Source: a virus. From it: 64,000 bases of DNA. Position 1 is the first letter of the stretch. Each line of letters begins with the position of its first letter. Positions 38,501 through 47,500 of this stretch are shown here, piece after piece. Location: the IMG/VR virus record IMGVR_UViG_3300035689_000007, positions 14,635-78,634 of that record; one strand, written 5' to 3'. The position numbers were made by a program, and so were the translations under genes. Under the pieces are notes generated by a model. The model made no database searches. It worked only from the letters and a program-made list of their open reading frames with translations, and was not told where the DNA came from.

Positions 38501-41492
38501 CATATTCTAGTTCTTCTGCTTCGTCCCATTTAGAAAACAATACTCCAGAATTCCACAAGTTATAATCTACACCGCTCATGTTATAATCTGGAGAAAATCT
38601 TAAAAATACAGCAAAACCACTAGATGTTGGAACATTACCAAAATTCAAATAACCATTAACACCAGAAATGCGAACAGCGGAGTCAAACGAATCAAGTATT
38701 TTTCCATATAATTCGTGACTATTATCGGCCCAATCTAAACTGGTGTAATCTCTTATAGCGGTGGGAAATAATGATTCATTATTAAATCTTAAACCAAGAT
38801 TTCTAACTAAACTAGAAGATAGATTTGCAGTAAACAAACCGCTTACAGTACTGGGAGCATCTTCCAAACTAGATAAAACATAATTATTGTGCGTATTGTT
38901 GAAATCATAATACCCAATAGTAAATGGTTGATCAAGTTGTGGATTACTAAAAGCAAAATCAAATGGAACAGGATCAAATGGGCCACCAAAAACATTACCG
39001 CTGCAACCGCGCCATCTTCTAGCATAATTTGTTTTTAGCGTCGTTTCAGAAGTTGAATATGCGTGTGGAATATTTTCTATTAGAGATAAAGGTGAATTTA
39101 AAATGTTGTATGGTGCGTCTACAGATTTTCTGGATGATGGATAAAGTCTATTTTGTCTTCTGGCTATTTCCCTACTAAGAAAACCGGCGGTTGATAGTGG
39201 AAGAGCGCCACCGGGTTTATACTTGACAATGAGATTTGCGCTAGCAATCGAAGCGCCACTAGGAATTGGATATATATCTATATATAAAGATTCAAAATAA
39301 CTACTCATAGAGTAGTCTTTAGACATGCCCAATTCTACTTTGTCTTTGTATATCTTTAGTGGTACAGTATACTTAGTAAATGAAGTGCTATTGACTAGTG
39401 GAGATTGAGTAATTAAATAGTGATCTCCAGAATCGTTGGGAACAATATTTTTTGAGAAATATGATCGTTTATCAGATAGAGATTCTGAAGAAATTCCAAG
39501 ATCATAAACGGGACCAAAACCAGATGTAGTTGGAATAGTTCCGCTACCAGTAATTGAATTTTGTAGAAATCCACCAACATCAGAAGTAATGAATAAAACT
39601 TTATCATCACTATAACCAACAACGTCTATTGGAAAGTCATTTGTTCCGATAGCTTTTTTAGCAACAATTTCTAAGCTAATATCTTCAATAATAAAGAAAG
39701 AATCATCTCCATAAACTAATTCTATATCAGCTTTTTTAAATGGATTTGTATACGTGTTACCAAACGAAAAGTCACCACCCCTTGGAAGTTTTACAGAAAA
39801 CGGTCTTTGATGCTCATATAGTAACTGAAGTTTGCCAGATGGTGCCGTATGAGAAACTATATTTCCATCAACATATAGATTAGTAAGTCTATCTATAAGT
39901 TCTAATTGGTGTTTGTCGTCGTTAACAGTATTATTGTATGTAAGATTGTCAAGATCTGGAGAGGTTTCCCAAACATTATTTAGTCCCGTTGGATAAATAT
40001 TATTATCGAATGTGTTTAGTAAAACCTTGGTTGGATATATAACTCTTTCTATCCAAGTTCCAGTACTTTGAACCCCTAAGAAGAATGGTAGTTCAGAATC
40101 TCTCAATATACCTTCCGCTCTACCTAGATTAGCAATTTCTATTGCTGAAATTCTAATAGCGTTAGTAGGTCTAATGTGATAATCTTGAGATTGTGCAGAT
40201 AATGGAGCGCCATCCACAGCAAGATAATCGTTTTCAGAAGTATTAACAAATTTGTCATTCAAATTGGCTTCAAAGGCAAAACCTTTGGCAAATTCTTCTG
40301 TAAATGGTTGATAAAAACAGTTGCCTGTAATGTCGAAACTTAACGTATATCCACTTGGTTCTCCGAGAATGGGATATTTTAATTTCCAAGTATTTAATGT
40401 TGCATAATTTATCTCTGGCTCGCTAACATATGTAATGTAATTAAATTGGTCTTTGTCTTCAAAGTTTGCCTCGCCACGAACTTGAAAATCTTTATATTTA
40501 ACAATCAAATTGCCAGAAGGATCTTCAAACTTAATATTTGTTATGTCGTATAATGTTGGCTGATCTGTTTCATAATTAAATGTTGGCGCGGCGGCGCGGA
40601 AAAAAAAGAAACTTTCTAGTGGAGTAATTTCTGGAGTATTAACAAAGCACTTATACTTGAATGTGCCTTTAGTATAAATAGACGATGGAGTAATATATGT
40701 TGAGTCATCGTCTGAAATAATATTTCCTACGCGAGAATCTTTAGTAATATTACCTAGACACACGCCCTCATTAATACTTTCAAATAGATTAACCGGCTTA
40801 ATTTTCTCATTAACAAGAAAAATATTATTATGTTCGACTGTAATATCTTGAATAGGAAATAATTTTTGTGTTGGCGTGAAATTATCAAATTGGTTTATTT
40901 TGTTAAAATGCCCATGTAATTTTTCAAAATATTTACTTTTAACAATACCAGAGCCAGATATTCTAGTCCTAAAATTATTAATAGGGCGATTAAGACTAGC
41001 TTTTAATTCAAATCTTGTAGATAGTCTAGATAGTTTAAGATTCCAAATACACTGTGGTCCTCTAGAGATAACTAATACAGAATTATTAGAGTCTAGTGGA
41101 TCATAAACACTACTTGGAATAGCATCCCATCCACCACTAATAATGCTTGGACTATTTATATTGATTAATTGAGCTGGTAGATTTGTGGGAGATCTACGTA
41201 TTAATAATTCGGATGATAATACTTTGATATTTCCAGAAACTTTAATAATTTTTGGAGCAAAGCTTGGAAAATTAGATACAGTATTAGCAAATAGAGAGCC
41301 AAATGTGGGTGTTGAATTAGTTCCAGACCCTCTCTTAAATCCAGAATATATTACACTTACATTAAGTTTACTTAGATTGCCAGTACCTCTTGATCTAACA
41401 AAAGGTTGTACTGTTTTTTTCAAAAACGCTTTGACTTTAGCGTCTGGCGCTATTTTTATTTTTAGTCTCGACGATCCATCACAAAGAAACAT
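29502..41492 (-). CDS. giant (3996 aa) adhesin-like virion protein with LamG domain and FG-GAP beta-propeller
   Basis: LamG-like region ~38180-38660 (FSKWD, IALTYN, LRLFTN, ISEIGI); seven FG-GAP-type repeats; ~15-aa shaft repeats. Confidence 0.75.
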   Translation of the reverse strand: MFLCDGSSRLKIKIAPDAKVKAFLKKTVQPFVRSRGTGNLSKLNVSVIYSGFKRGSGTNSTPTFGSLFANTVSNFPSFAPKIIKVSGNIKVLSSELLIRRSPTNLPAQLININSPSIISGGWDAIPSSVYDPLDSNNSVLVISRGPQCIWNLKLSRLSTRFELKASLNRPINNFRTRISGSGIVKSKYFEKLHGHFNKINQFDNFTPTQKLFPIQDITVEHNNIFLVNEKIKPVNLFESINEGVCLGNITKDSRVGNIISDDDSTYITPSSIYTKGTFKYKCFVNTPEITPLESFFFFRAAAPTFNYETDQPTLYDITNIKFEDPSGNLIVKYKDFQVRGEANFEDKDQFNYITYVSEPEINYATLNTWKLKYPILGEPSGYTLSFDITGNCFYQPFTEEFAKGFAFEANLNDKFVNTSENDYLAVDGAPLSAQSQDYHIRPTNAIRISAIEIANLGRAEGILRDSELPFFLGVQSTGTWIERVIYPTKVLLNTFDNNIYPTGLNNVWETSPDLDNLTYNNTVNDDKHQLELIDRLTNLYVDGNIVSHTAPSGKLQLLYEHQRPFSVKLPRGGDFSFGNTYTNPFKKADIELVYGDDSFFIIEDISLEIVAKKAIGTNDFPIDVVGYSDDKVLFITSDVGGFLQNSITGSGTIPTTSGFGPVYDLGISSESLSDKRSYFSKNIVPNDSGDHYLITQSPLVNSTSFTKYTVPLKIYKDKVELGMSKDYSMSSYFESLYIDIYPIPSGASIASANLIVKYKPGGALPLSTAGFLSREIARRQNRLYPSSRKSVDAPYNILNSPLSLIENIPHAYSTSETTLKTNYARRWRGCSGNVFGGPFDPVPFDFAFSNPQLDQPFTIGYYDFNNTHNNYVLSSLEDAPSTVSGLFTANLSSSLVRNLGLRFNNESLFPTAIRDYTSLDWADNSHELYGKILDSFDSAVRISGVNGYLNFGNVPTSSGFAVFLRFSPDYNMSGVDYNLWNSGVLFSKWDEAEELEYALGYKDGYLSAYAKDSNGNLIELQDSISYENYQYPLSIALTYNDNQSRKLRLFTNSEIAAIASGTNILCDESNEFVLSSGNSDLLFGYSSGSGIGINAFISEIGISTHNDTGGGNLVYNANPDSSKQQDNIELFFNTHLAHFCNVNDSHINDRNKLWQFIDEKTEDWKLGAFKYCSFGVAYDIMKFRNGKDYLYHNFYNDGKTYQDRTNLTLPNSIHLSGISYHSQVENDMLRFSLSGNEDRLYSLPPRLVKNLPRSYIVAEDSLIVNSVVQHECDSTINWPNGKTGAKLIVSLYTPSKESVLFPTKNFGLISRSTHYLNPKDCWNKIESKFKLGDLKDNESEPWAFFDKTITYKEFEENYFVKDINQMFVQYDVIYPSGTYNKSQIKLHSVDIELNGINQSDEINNNLPIYESGKAYQEAPLPLYEVGYVSAFNNQINIYTSGVTYIEQSGIMSLISSGVFNSNVSMPLYTIQVGNASTSNSNFGSLFGNNNPLGMSLFVEGGYDNEEDSIICYVNGLIENTISNSLNLFSYDDVNQPAVDQLNFMLLAGFPLSAFDISTEESIGLYVLGPNRTWEPTSANIALYINSRPKEENINSQFPLYLYHVKPISKRDNELESFKWDGTNFGKEISLLDNQFASVPAIDEIRGVQTICYGNCDTISTIKCQEDQLITHDTLWYDPECVNGGVVRPITVYTNPDVGAFGTNIPYSGHFYGIRKFSNLIPQAPYTITITGKTGTDKILQVPREMTEWEYGTNEDVAYSGIQLTPSVNSSGNKFGKSVTVLDDRVMIGCPYENIFDETNYEINNAGKIYVYRKNPEPSGYDWSNQLDKSNFVLEQEIVLPTGWRRDYFYKRNISFRDRYGNLLPYTGIGTNWIVGQEGRQLGYSLDSARRNNTDILIAGGPGAEWSRTFAPIQTTPVTIGLFVFNNELVSDPDNANWRQILDQLSDRDLVYRYFCDPSVKFDIKVILCEPMLGSNIGIGETSKDFLEPKPPFVSKYLTHRHFSYNVNTPEYQEREDVILQELKDIFHEVFPLTSSAIHSGIPPLLGIYIDDSRSLGSKSLGYNIPFRKGALDKFIDYYKDYSKNNGLVDFDGDPAEGFVNVTVDVDENWIAQSINCLLDLTDIETLQENNVQKLIANNLGSFNENAGEFNYPPPSGGSVYIFERENNGQFKVVQEIKSPVSYTNDTSDRFGHDVAISDDGKVIAIGSPYSPHSVQVFEYNENFNNQLLNSLYFITSFLQPRYYEEINNATFGESYDLYSEYLEKLPITESIANLNLETYNKFSEGLRFAYFKFLENLQIKRYNLIYEMGVPIGFDAWSDLWANYIPTPRLGYSVDINSDGSLIAIGSPTDSLGERDYTQTWFRYDIKSGQETAFGGEPWQWQNYTNAGAIRLLESRNYYPHNKKVVEYYKFGNLHELLSPPQDSGLFSFTMNNLYNSMGYTFSRTSFAEGLKIPEDAGLAFIITPAINAASDEIIDNIRDWLSLGDRHLVLVGNDPKWEANGAYFNSNNIINYILEELDVNMRIYAARNQYEALMQNTNTFYNVQNSFVPAKSTPAIAYPVPLRGSGVGDIRLYDTNISDLYICDKPPSGSSDPFSFDFERKRTYRELHDKCEMPIVHEGDLRSKYIDQCEIMTPRGPAWISYERNFGFQYGTHNIVDWGCEGEERGKNPNFNTKSEPVPILSAYEAIPKTIIVPGSAPTEELRSKLVGYDSSTSVRTTFGNAVYSGVAFIWSNDDSNYTELNYNINNTVSNSLFFDPSEYNGNDAVLQARSTISNQSATKLINIKPNVCMIASEQYSTTSKIVLIAATMYESRNILLSSAGDRNINLYFNLLATDADGNAKVAQVGGFTNRTSYTDGYNKSDIQAQLTNVGIDMGDLNVLTQDLYDISKGYTAAWIANTDNMPSSEDIQNIKRFLDMGNKTLIITYGQEPSLGDEISNNTTYTYNLDSSSMTSTISAYNVRSANVAKYICEQLGLSMSPLFLEGKNKYADRSDIRTDNIGQLTSSLSIAANTYLYDGLDENSSFASSNSYVGYGDGAVTVPYSDRPPYPVPNGFTHEFVPINNRNAINLAFFDAPVTDTEQFSIGVPKFNTGITKVSFTVPEKLEEHDDYNLFKLRFNILKESSLEISPINLVVGNCLASEFVNTSVLNQPIGPVGRNILLVDTDENNNVKQTYVSAGYTKELYDSLDLYVQIPSGQETLDMYFTHSASYPLQQNPKQLRTVRLLSVSGVRIPSNTIISTARWPIYETEVVTIPGTPDTSYTQLFNREISTDSSKYCISNNRICSNDPPEGYGTPGVDIADGPVVMAQTVYHQGGYFNGYNKSRITVISDPSLIQGRTILSEGGNTINPNLAWFLASLYPNTNFNTTRSGRQYETAFKIISPERSSPSRLVNAYPENSGLNYRFGQFTSNSLPATKYSDLEGKIEIAGKKPPQPTDPMLPLFNSDIGHFRIELSPPPPYTEEEKAALRQAWYIDNFNIVEQHYGSTSKIQDTYNGTLYRDAGIYSRIPPILRAIGKDHLDLDVFYSGYPGDLFGYSVKIHKDKVYVGAPFSPYNTEEITPWSTIIASGMQHGKEVGFNGGAGAVYLIEKVGNVGSGLGSVNLSKQKTTGIPWTVTRKFRPEEISVGFSGLTTSNSSTVIGNNNYSNDKLKNLAFVSDMFGYDIALNGDILAISAPCHRFENYSEDTPAPFIRKEFNEQFDIQQRIIHDLAIPSEREQYGASGTVVFNHGAVFTYENKINNWGSKTQEWTPIHKLVAQGPYARIQNSGENTFFGNAIAIDRARRVDGDYILAVGAMNHPFSTSGNVFDNIGSTYAFDGMLRSLRPAFSHPDTFIAGRVYGEYQKPSDYTTFTFKNDNNFDQKVLFNGIVLSNINGEIFIEASGQDKVPRGYVVHRPYIEHIRGSFLHGTPVYEDINLFVDGAPPFVSGSLSLVNYGPESNNVYNMMDLYTFNLLQSSGNMPLIASGLASPSGVMELYSSGIAKTDTILQLRTRGSL

Positions 41493-41501
41493 ATTTATTC
41501 C

Positions 41502-44500
41502 TTATCGACCAACTGTTGATGAAGACTTGCTTAAAGTACCACCTTGTCCAACTTTATATTTACTGATTTCTTTAGTTACAGCCTCAATGATTTGATTATT
41601 AGCATAATCTTTGATTGCCTTAAATATTCCACCATCCATTAGGTTGACAGTAACAGTAACAGGCGCTAATGTAATATTTAAACCTAATGAACTTAATCTA
41701 TCTATATTAGCTTGAAATGCACCCAAAAACGTTGTCAAAGATTGAGAAAAATTGCTTAATGCGGCTAAATCTATTGGTGGTTGTGCGTTACCATTTGCGG
41801 GCGTAGTATTAGTCGCTATAGTAGATAATACACTTTGTAGACCACCAATAGCACTAATAATACCATCTGAATTAAATGTTGGCATCATTTGTTGTGGACT
41901 AGCTCCAGAACTACTAGTATTTTGTGGTACTTGTGGAACATTGGTTACTGGTGGCGCAGGAGTTGTAGCGACGTTTGCTGGTGGAGTAGTACCAGTTTGA
42001 GATGGTGGAGTATAATTAGTATTTGCAGCTAATCTTGCTTGGAGCGCTGGGCTTCCAGAAACATTTGCAAGCAGAGCAGAAAATGGAGAACTTGGTGCAG
42101 GTTTAGACGCTTGTGCTTCTGGTTGAGCTTGAGCTTTTGGTTCTGGTGGTGGTGCAGCAGGCTGATCGGCTTTTGGCGCTTCAGCACCTTCTGCGGCTTT
42201 ACCAGCCTCGCCAGTTCTTTCTTTAACGTTTTGTACGGCTGCTTCCATTTGTTTCTTTGCTGCTTCTTCCAAAGCCCTAGCAGCATCTAATTGTAGCTTT
42301 GCTGCTAATTCTTGATTTTGTGCTGCTGGAACTAATTGTGCTGCTAAACCTCTAGCCTCTTCTTGAATTGCTTTTTCTTCAGCGGTTGTTCCTGCGGCAA
42401 CTTCTGCCATACCCTTGAGATCACCAGACATTCCAGTATTAGCCAAACCTGCTGCATAAGCGTTTTCTGTAACCTGATCTATATTTTGACCAAACACTTC
42501 TCTTACGCCAGCTTCTTTTTGTGCTTGTAATTGTTTTGTAGCCTCTCCAAAAGCTGTAAAACCAAATTGACTAGTTAATCTTGGATCGCCAACCGCCGCT
42601 GCTGCGGCTGCTCCAGCGCCAGCTTGTTTGTTTAAAAACTCTTCTATATTTCCACTAAGTAAAGAATCGATAGCATCTTTTTCAGCTTTGTTTTTAGCCT
42701 TAACAAGTTTTAGTTCTTGACGTTTAACATCAATTAATGCTCTAATGGTTTCTTGTTCTTTAGCTGCGAGGTCTGCTAGTCTTTGTTCTTGAGCTTCAAA
42801 TTCTGGATTAATTTGTTGTTGAGCGCCCCTGTCGCCACTTGCTGCCGACTTTCTAACAGCACCAAGTTCTTCCATTTTTGCTCTAGTTTCTGCACTTCTT
42901 TGAGCAAATTCAGCAGCACTGCCTGTCTGTAGACCACTAACACCAGCTTGTGCTGAATCAAGATTTGCTTTATCTAATATTGCTTGTTTTTGCATTTCTG
43001 GAGTGACTGCCGCCCCTCCAAATTCTTCCATAATTTTAGCAGCTTCCATCTGAACATCAATAGTTTTCTTTTGAGCTTCAATGTATTTATTTTCAAGATC
43101 TATTCTTTGTTTTTGTATTTTGAATAATTGTTCTTCAGATTCTTTAACCTTTTGTAAGGCTGGAAGAACTTGAGATAATGTCTGTTCTCCAAGTTCTCCA
43201 AGAGCGTTCTGTAATGGAGCAAAGTTACCATCAACAATTTGTTGCATATCGTCTTCACTGAGTTTTCCACCCTCGATAGCTTTTTTAATTCTCTCTTTAA
43301 CTTCTGGCGCAAAATCTTTTAGTTGATTAACAACTGCCTCTCCTAAAGCTTCACGTTTTTCATCTGCCGTGCCAGTACCACGGGCAACACCTCTCTCAAA
43401 ATCTGCTTTTAATTTTGCTTTTGCTTCTTCACTCGCTTGAGCGAAGAATTTTTGAGCTTGATTAACTGCGCCTAGATTTTCTTCAAATTTCTTTATTTGT
43501 GCTGGATCGCCACCAAGTTTACTTAGTTGTCCAGAAGCTTCTTGAACAGCGCTGTTCCAATCAGTATCAGAAATACCTTGGGCAGCATTTGTAATACCAG
43601 CTTCTAGTGTAGATATTGTTTGTCCAAGTCTTGATGTGCTACCATCTTGTGCTTCAATAAGATTATTAATTCCAACAGAGGCGGCGGAAGCTGCGGCATT
43701 TACATTATTAAATCCTAAGTTCATAGCATTAAAAGCTTCTCTTGTTCTTTGAGCTTCTTTAGCTAAATTATTAAATTCCTTCTCCATTCTTTGTAATTCG
43801 CTGTCTCTACCTTTCGCCTTGGCTTCATCTTGTTCTCTTTCTAATGTTGCAACGACATTAGTTCCTTGTTCTGCGTCTCTTTGCTTTAAGAGATTAAGGA
43901 CATCTTGAAAAGATCCGCCGGAATTAGCTGTTTGTCTTTGGATTAAACCTATTCCGGGTTTTGCGCTAGCAAGAACAGTTTTATCTAATTCTTTATTTGC
44001 TTTTTGTAATTCTTCTTGTTTTTGTACTTTTTGTTGTTTAACTTCTGCATTAGAATCGACAAATCCAAAACTTAGCCAAGCTAATGCTTCCCTCATATAA
44101 CTAAATGTATCTTCTGCTAATTCTTTTTGTAGTGCGCTTAAAGCTTCTTCATTTGCCATTCTTGCTTCAACAGCCGCTAATTGTGCAGAAGAAGCAGCAT
44201 TCAAAACATCAATAGCAGAAGCGGTGCCATTTCTAAATTCTTCCATTTTTTGTGAAGTAGCATCCTGTGCATCTTGGAATTTTTCAGTTGCTTTATTTGT
44301 TAAAGCCATAGCCTTGGCGTGTTTAATTATTATGTCGCCATCTACTTCTAAGCTAGCCGTCATTGCGCCAACACCAGCACCAATGATTGCTCCTGCCGCA
44401 GCACCAATAGTAGTTCCAATGACAGGAACAATAGACCCAACAGCAAGACCAATAGCAGCACCAGAAGCAGCACCAAGACCAACATTACCTAGTTCATCTC

Positions 44501-47500
44501 CAGTTGGTCTAACCATTCTTTCTTTGGCACCAACCTCTTCTTCGGCTTTTAACACAGCCGTATTAACATCTCCCTCTTTTATAGCTTTTTCTTTTTGCGC
44601 TTTAGCAGCTTCAGCAATAGAAGATTGCCATAATGCAAATGCTCCTATAGCGCCAAGAACTGCGGCAGCTAATAATACAAAAGGATTAGCCAATACTGCT
44701 GCTAAATTAGCAGATGTTTCAGCCACTTCTGAAGCAGTATTTGCTGTATTAGCTCCAGTTTCTGCGCCCTCTGTTATAGTATTTGCGGTATTGGCTGCTG
44801 CATTAACTTTAGCAGCAGAACTCATTAATCCTACATTAACTAGCAATCCTTTAAAACCATCAACAATGCCTCCAAGAGGTATTTGTTGTAATAAAAAGGC
44901 AACAGTAGAAAATTGTAAACCTAATTCTGAAATATTTTTCTTAAAATAATCCATTGATGTAGAATTTTCATCAATTGTTGGAGCAAGCATTGCTAATGCA
45001 GAAGTGACTGCACTAAATGCGGCAAAAGCGGCCATGCCATCTCCACCGCCTCTTCTTGGAGTTCCACCACCACCACCACCACCACCACCGCCAGCGCCGC
45101 CCCTATTTCCAGCATCAGATGCTCTATTAGATGGAAGTGGAGAACTTGCCCCTTGAACAGTATTGCGTAAATCTGATCTGGCTGAACGCTCTGCCCTTGT
45201 TATCGTGGCTCTACGTTCTAATATTTCTTGCCTAGATCTTTCTTCTCTAAAACCGCCGCCACCAACGTCTCTTGATTCAACTCTAGCTCTGTATTCTGGA
45301 TCTGTAGCTAATCTTCTACCTCGTAAAATTGCTTCTGTTTTTTCGCCACCCTTAGTAAATCCAGCTTCTTGTAATTGTTGTTTTTTAGCTTTAGCTGCGG
45401 CAGTCTTATCAGACATTTCTTTGCCGGTGCGAACATCAATGCGAGACGCAGATGCTCCACTTCTAATAGTTTTTCGAGCTTGATCAAAAGCTGCTTGAGC
45501 TTGAGCTTTAATTGCTTCTTTTAATCTTTCTCTTTCTTTTTGAATAGCGTCTGTAGCAGTAATACCTCTTCTAGCTAATTGTTCTGTACTAGTATTATAA
45601 GCTAATTCTTTATTTGTAGCAGATAAAATTCTCTGTTTTACATTAGCAATTTCTTGATCGATGTTTCTATCAACTTCACCACTAGATGAAACTGGAGATT
45701 TTGTAACATCTTTACTAGTTTTTGCGGATTCTTGTTTTACTTTAGTATCTTCTAACAAAGCTCTTCCATAAGCTTCTAATCTTTCTTGAACAATTACATG
45801 TTGTGCAGTATTACCATCTAAAGATGAAATATATTGACTAATTTCATCAATAATACCAAATTGAGTTAATGATCCAAGTTTATTAGCAGCGGCGTTGTCT
45901 TTAAGAGCCGTAATAAGTGGACCTCCACTAAAACCTATAACACCTTTAATTTGTTGACTTAAAGAAGCGTAGCCAGAACTTAATTCTTGATTAAATCCAG
46001 CAAAATTAGCTATACGTGAAGATAAATTTTTGGTAACTTTATCAAGAACTTTGAAAGTTGTGGATACACCAGTGAATATACTGGGATCAAAATCCACAAA
46101 CCCCTCACTACCAGATCCTAAAAATTGTGGCGGTTTACTTTTACCACCATTGGCAAATCTTTGAACACCAACTATGCCACCCTTTGCATATTTACCAACT
46201 TTATTCATACGGTTAAGAGAACCATAACCAATATTTTGAGCAGATTGTTTATTAATTACGAACTCACCGGGAGTCAACAATGCCGGAACAGTATCTGTGC
46301 CGACATTTCCACCAGTAGCAAATCGTTTTACTGATCGATCAGCCCTTGGACCCTTTGATCTCATTGAATCAAGTGCTGGTTGTTTGCTTGCGCCCTGAGT
46401 AAATATCATGTTTGCGGTGGGTATACCAAACAATCCACCAAGGTATTCAGCAGCGCCCTTAACTCTTTTAGATTTGCTGATAATACTAATTTTGCGAGGA
46501 TCTATTTGACCTGACTTAATTATAGCTTGTAGTTCTTTACCAAATTGAGTTAATGGAGAAGATTTCAAATCTTGTAATCTTTTTGCTTCATCTCTAAAAT
46601 ATGTTTGTAGAACAGATTGTTTTGCTTCTGGAGTTTTTGCTTTGGCGTATGCTAAATCACCAACTGTTCGTTTTAGAGTACGATCAATATCTACAGCGCC
46701 GCCGCCAGACTTTATTAACGCTTGAATAGCAGAACTTGGGTTTGGCAATATAGAACCAGATGCTTGTAATATATCATCAACCATTGGGGCTGTTGCCAAA
46801 CCACCGGCAGCAAATTTTCGAATTATTCCTCCTAAGAATTTTTTTTGTTTTCTAGCAGATACTCTTTGTTCAGCGGTTGATGCCTTTTTTCTATTTTCTA
46901 TATCTGAAGTAAATCCACCAACATTTTGTGATATTAGTTCATTGGCTAGTGTAGATCTAAATCCTTCTACAAGTTTATTTGTACCTTTTTTTGCTAAACT
47001 TCCAAGAGAATCTTCAGAAAAAGTTCTTTTGGCGTCTGATATTAAAGATGAATCTAAATTAAATATTTGACCAGCAGACCCAAGACCAGAAGGAAAATCG
47101 AAAGTGTCATTTGGATTAATTTTATTTTCAGTAAATGGAGAATTAGACAAACCATTAACAAAAGCTTCAAAAATTCCACCTTCTATTTGTTCAATATTAG
47201 CTCTATTTAAAGCAGCACTAAACTTACCAGAATCAAATGGTGGATTATTTTTAAATGTCTGAGAAGCAAAAGTATTTGAAAAATTTGCTAACGATGTATT
47301 GATACCATTTTTATATTGTTCAGAAACTGTTTTAGATAATGAGCCAGATGTTATACCTATGGACACACTGTTAAATTTTCCAATTAATTCTTGAGTTAAA
47401 GTTTTAGTGGCAGATTTTCCAAGACCAGAAGTAACGGAGTTTAGCATAGAATTAATGCCAGATTTATCTATTCCTGCTACAGTTTTTCTCATTATCCCTT

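Noticed and set aside
44224-44949. 241-aa + strand ORF and many other antisense ORFs in the track
   Set aside because: Shadows of long coding genes on the opposite strand; no RBS or recognisable motifs
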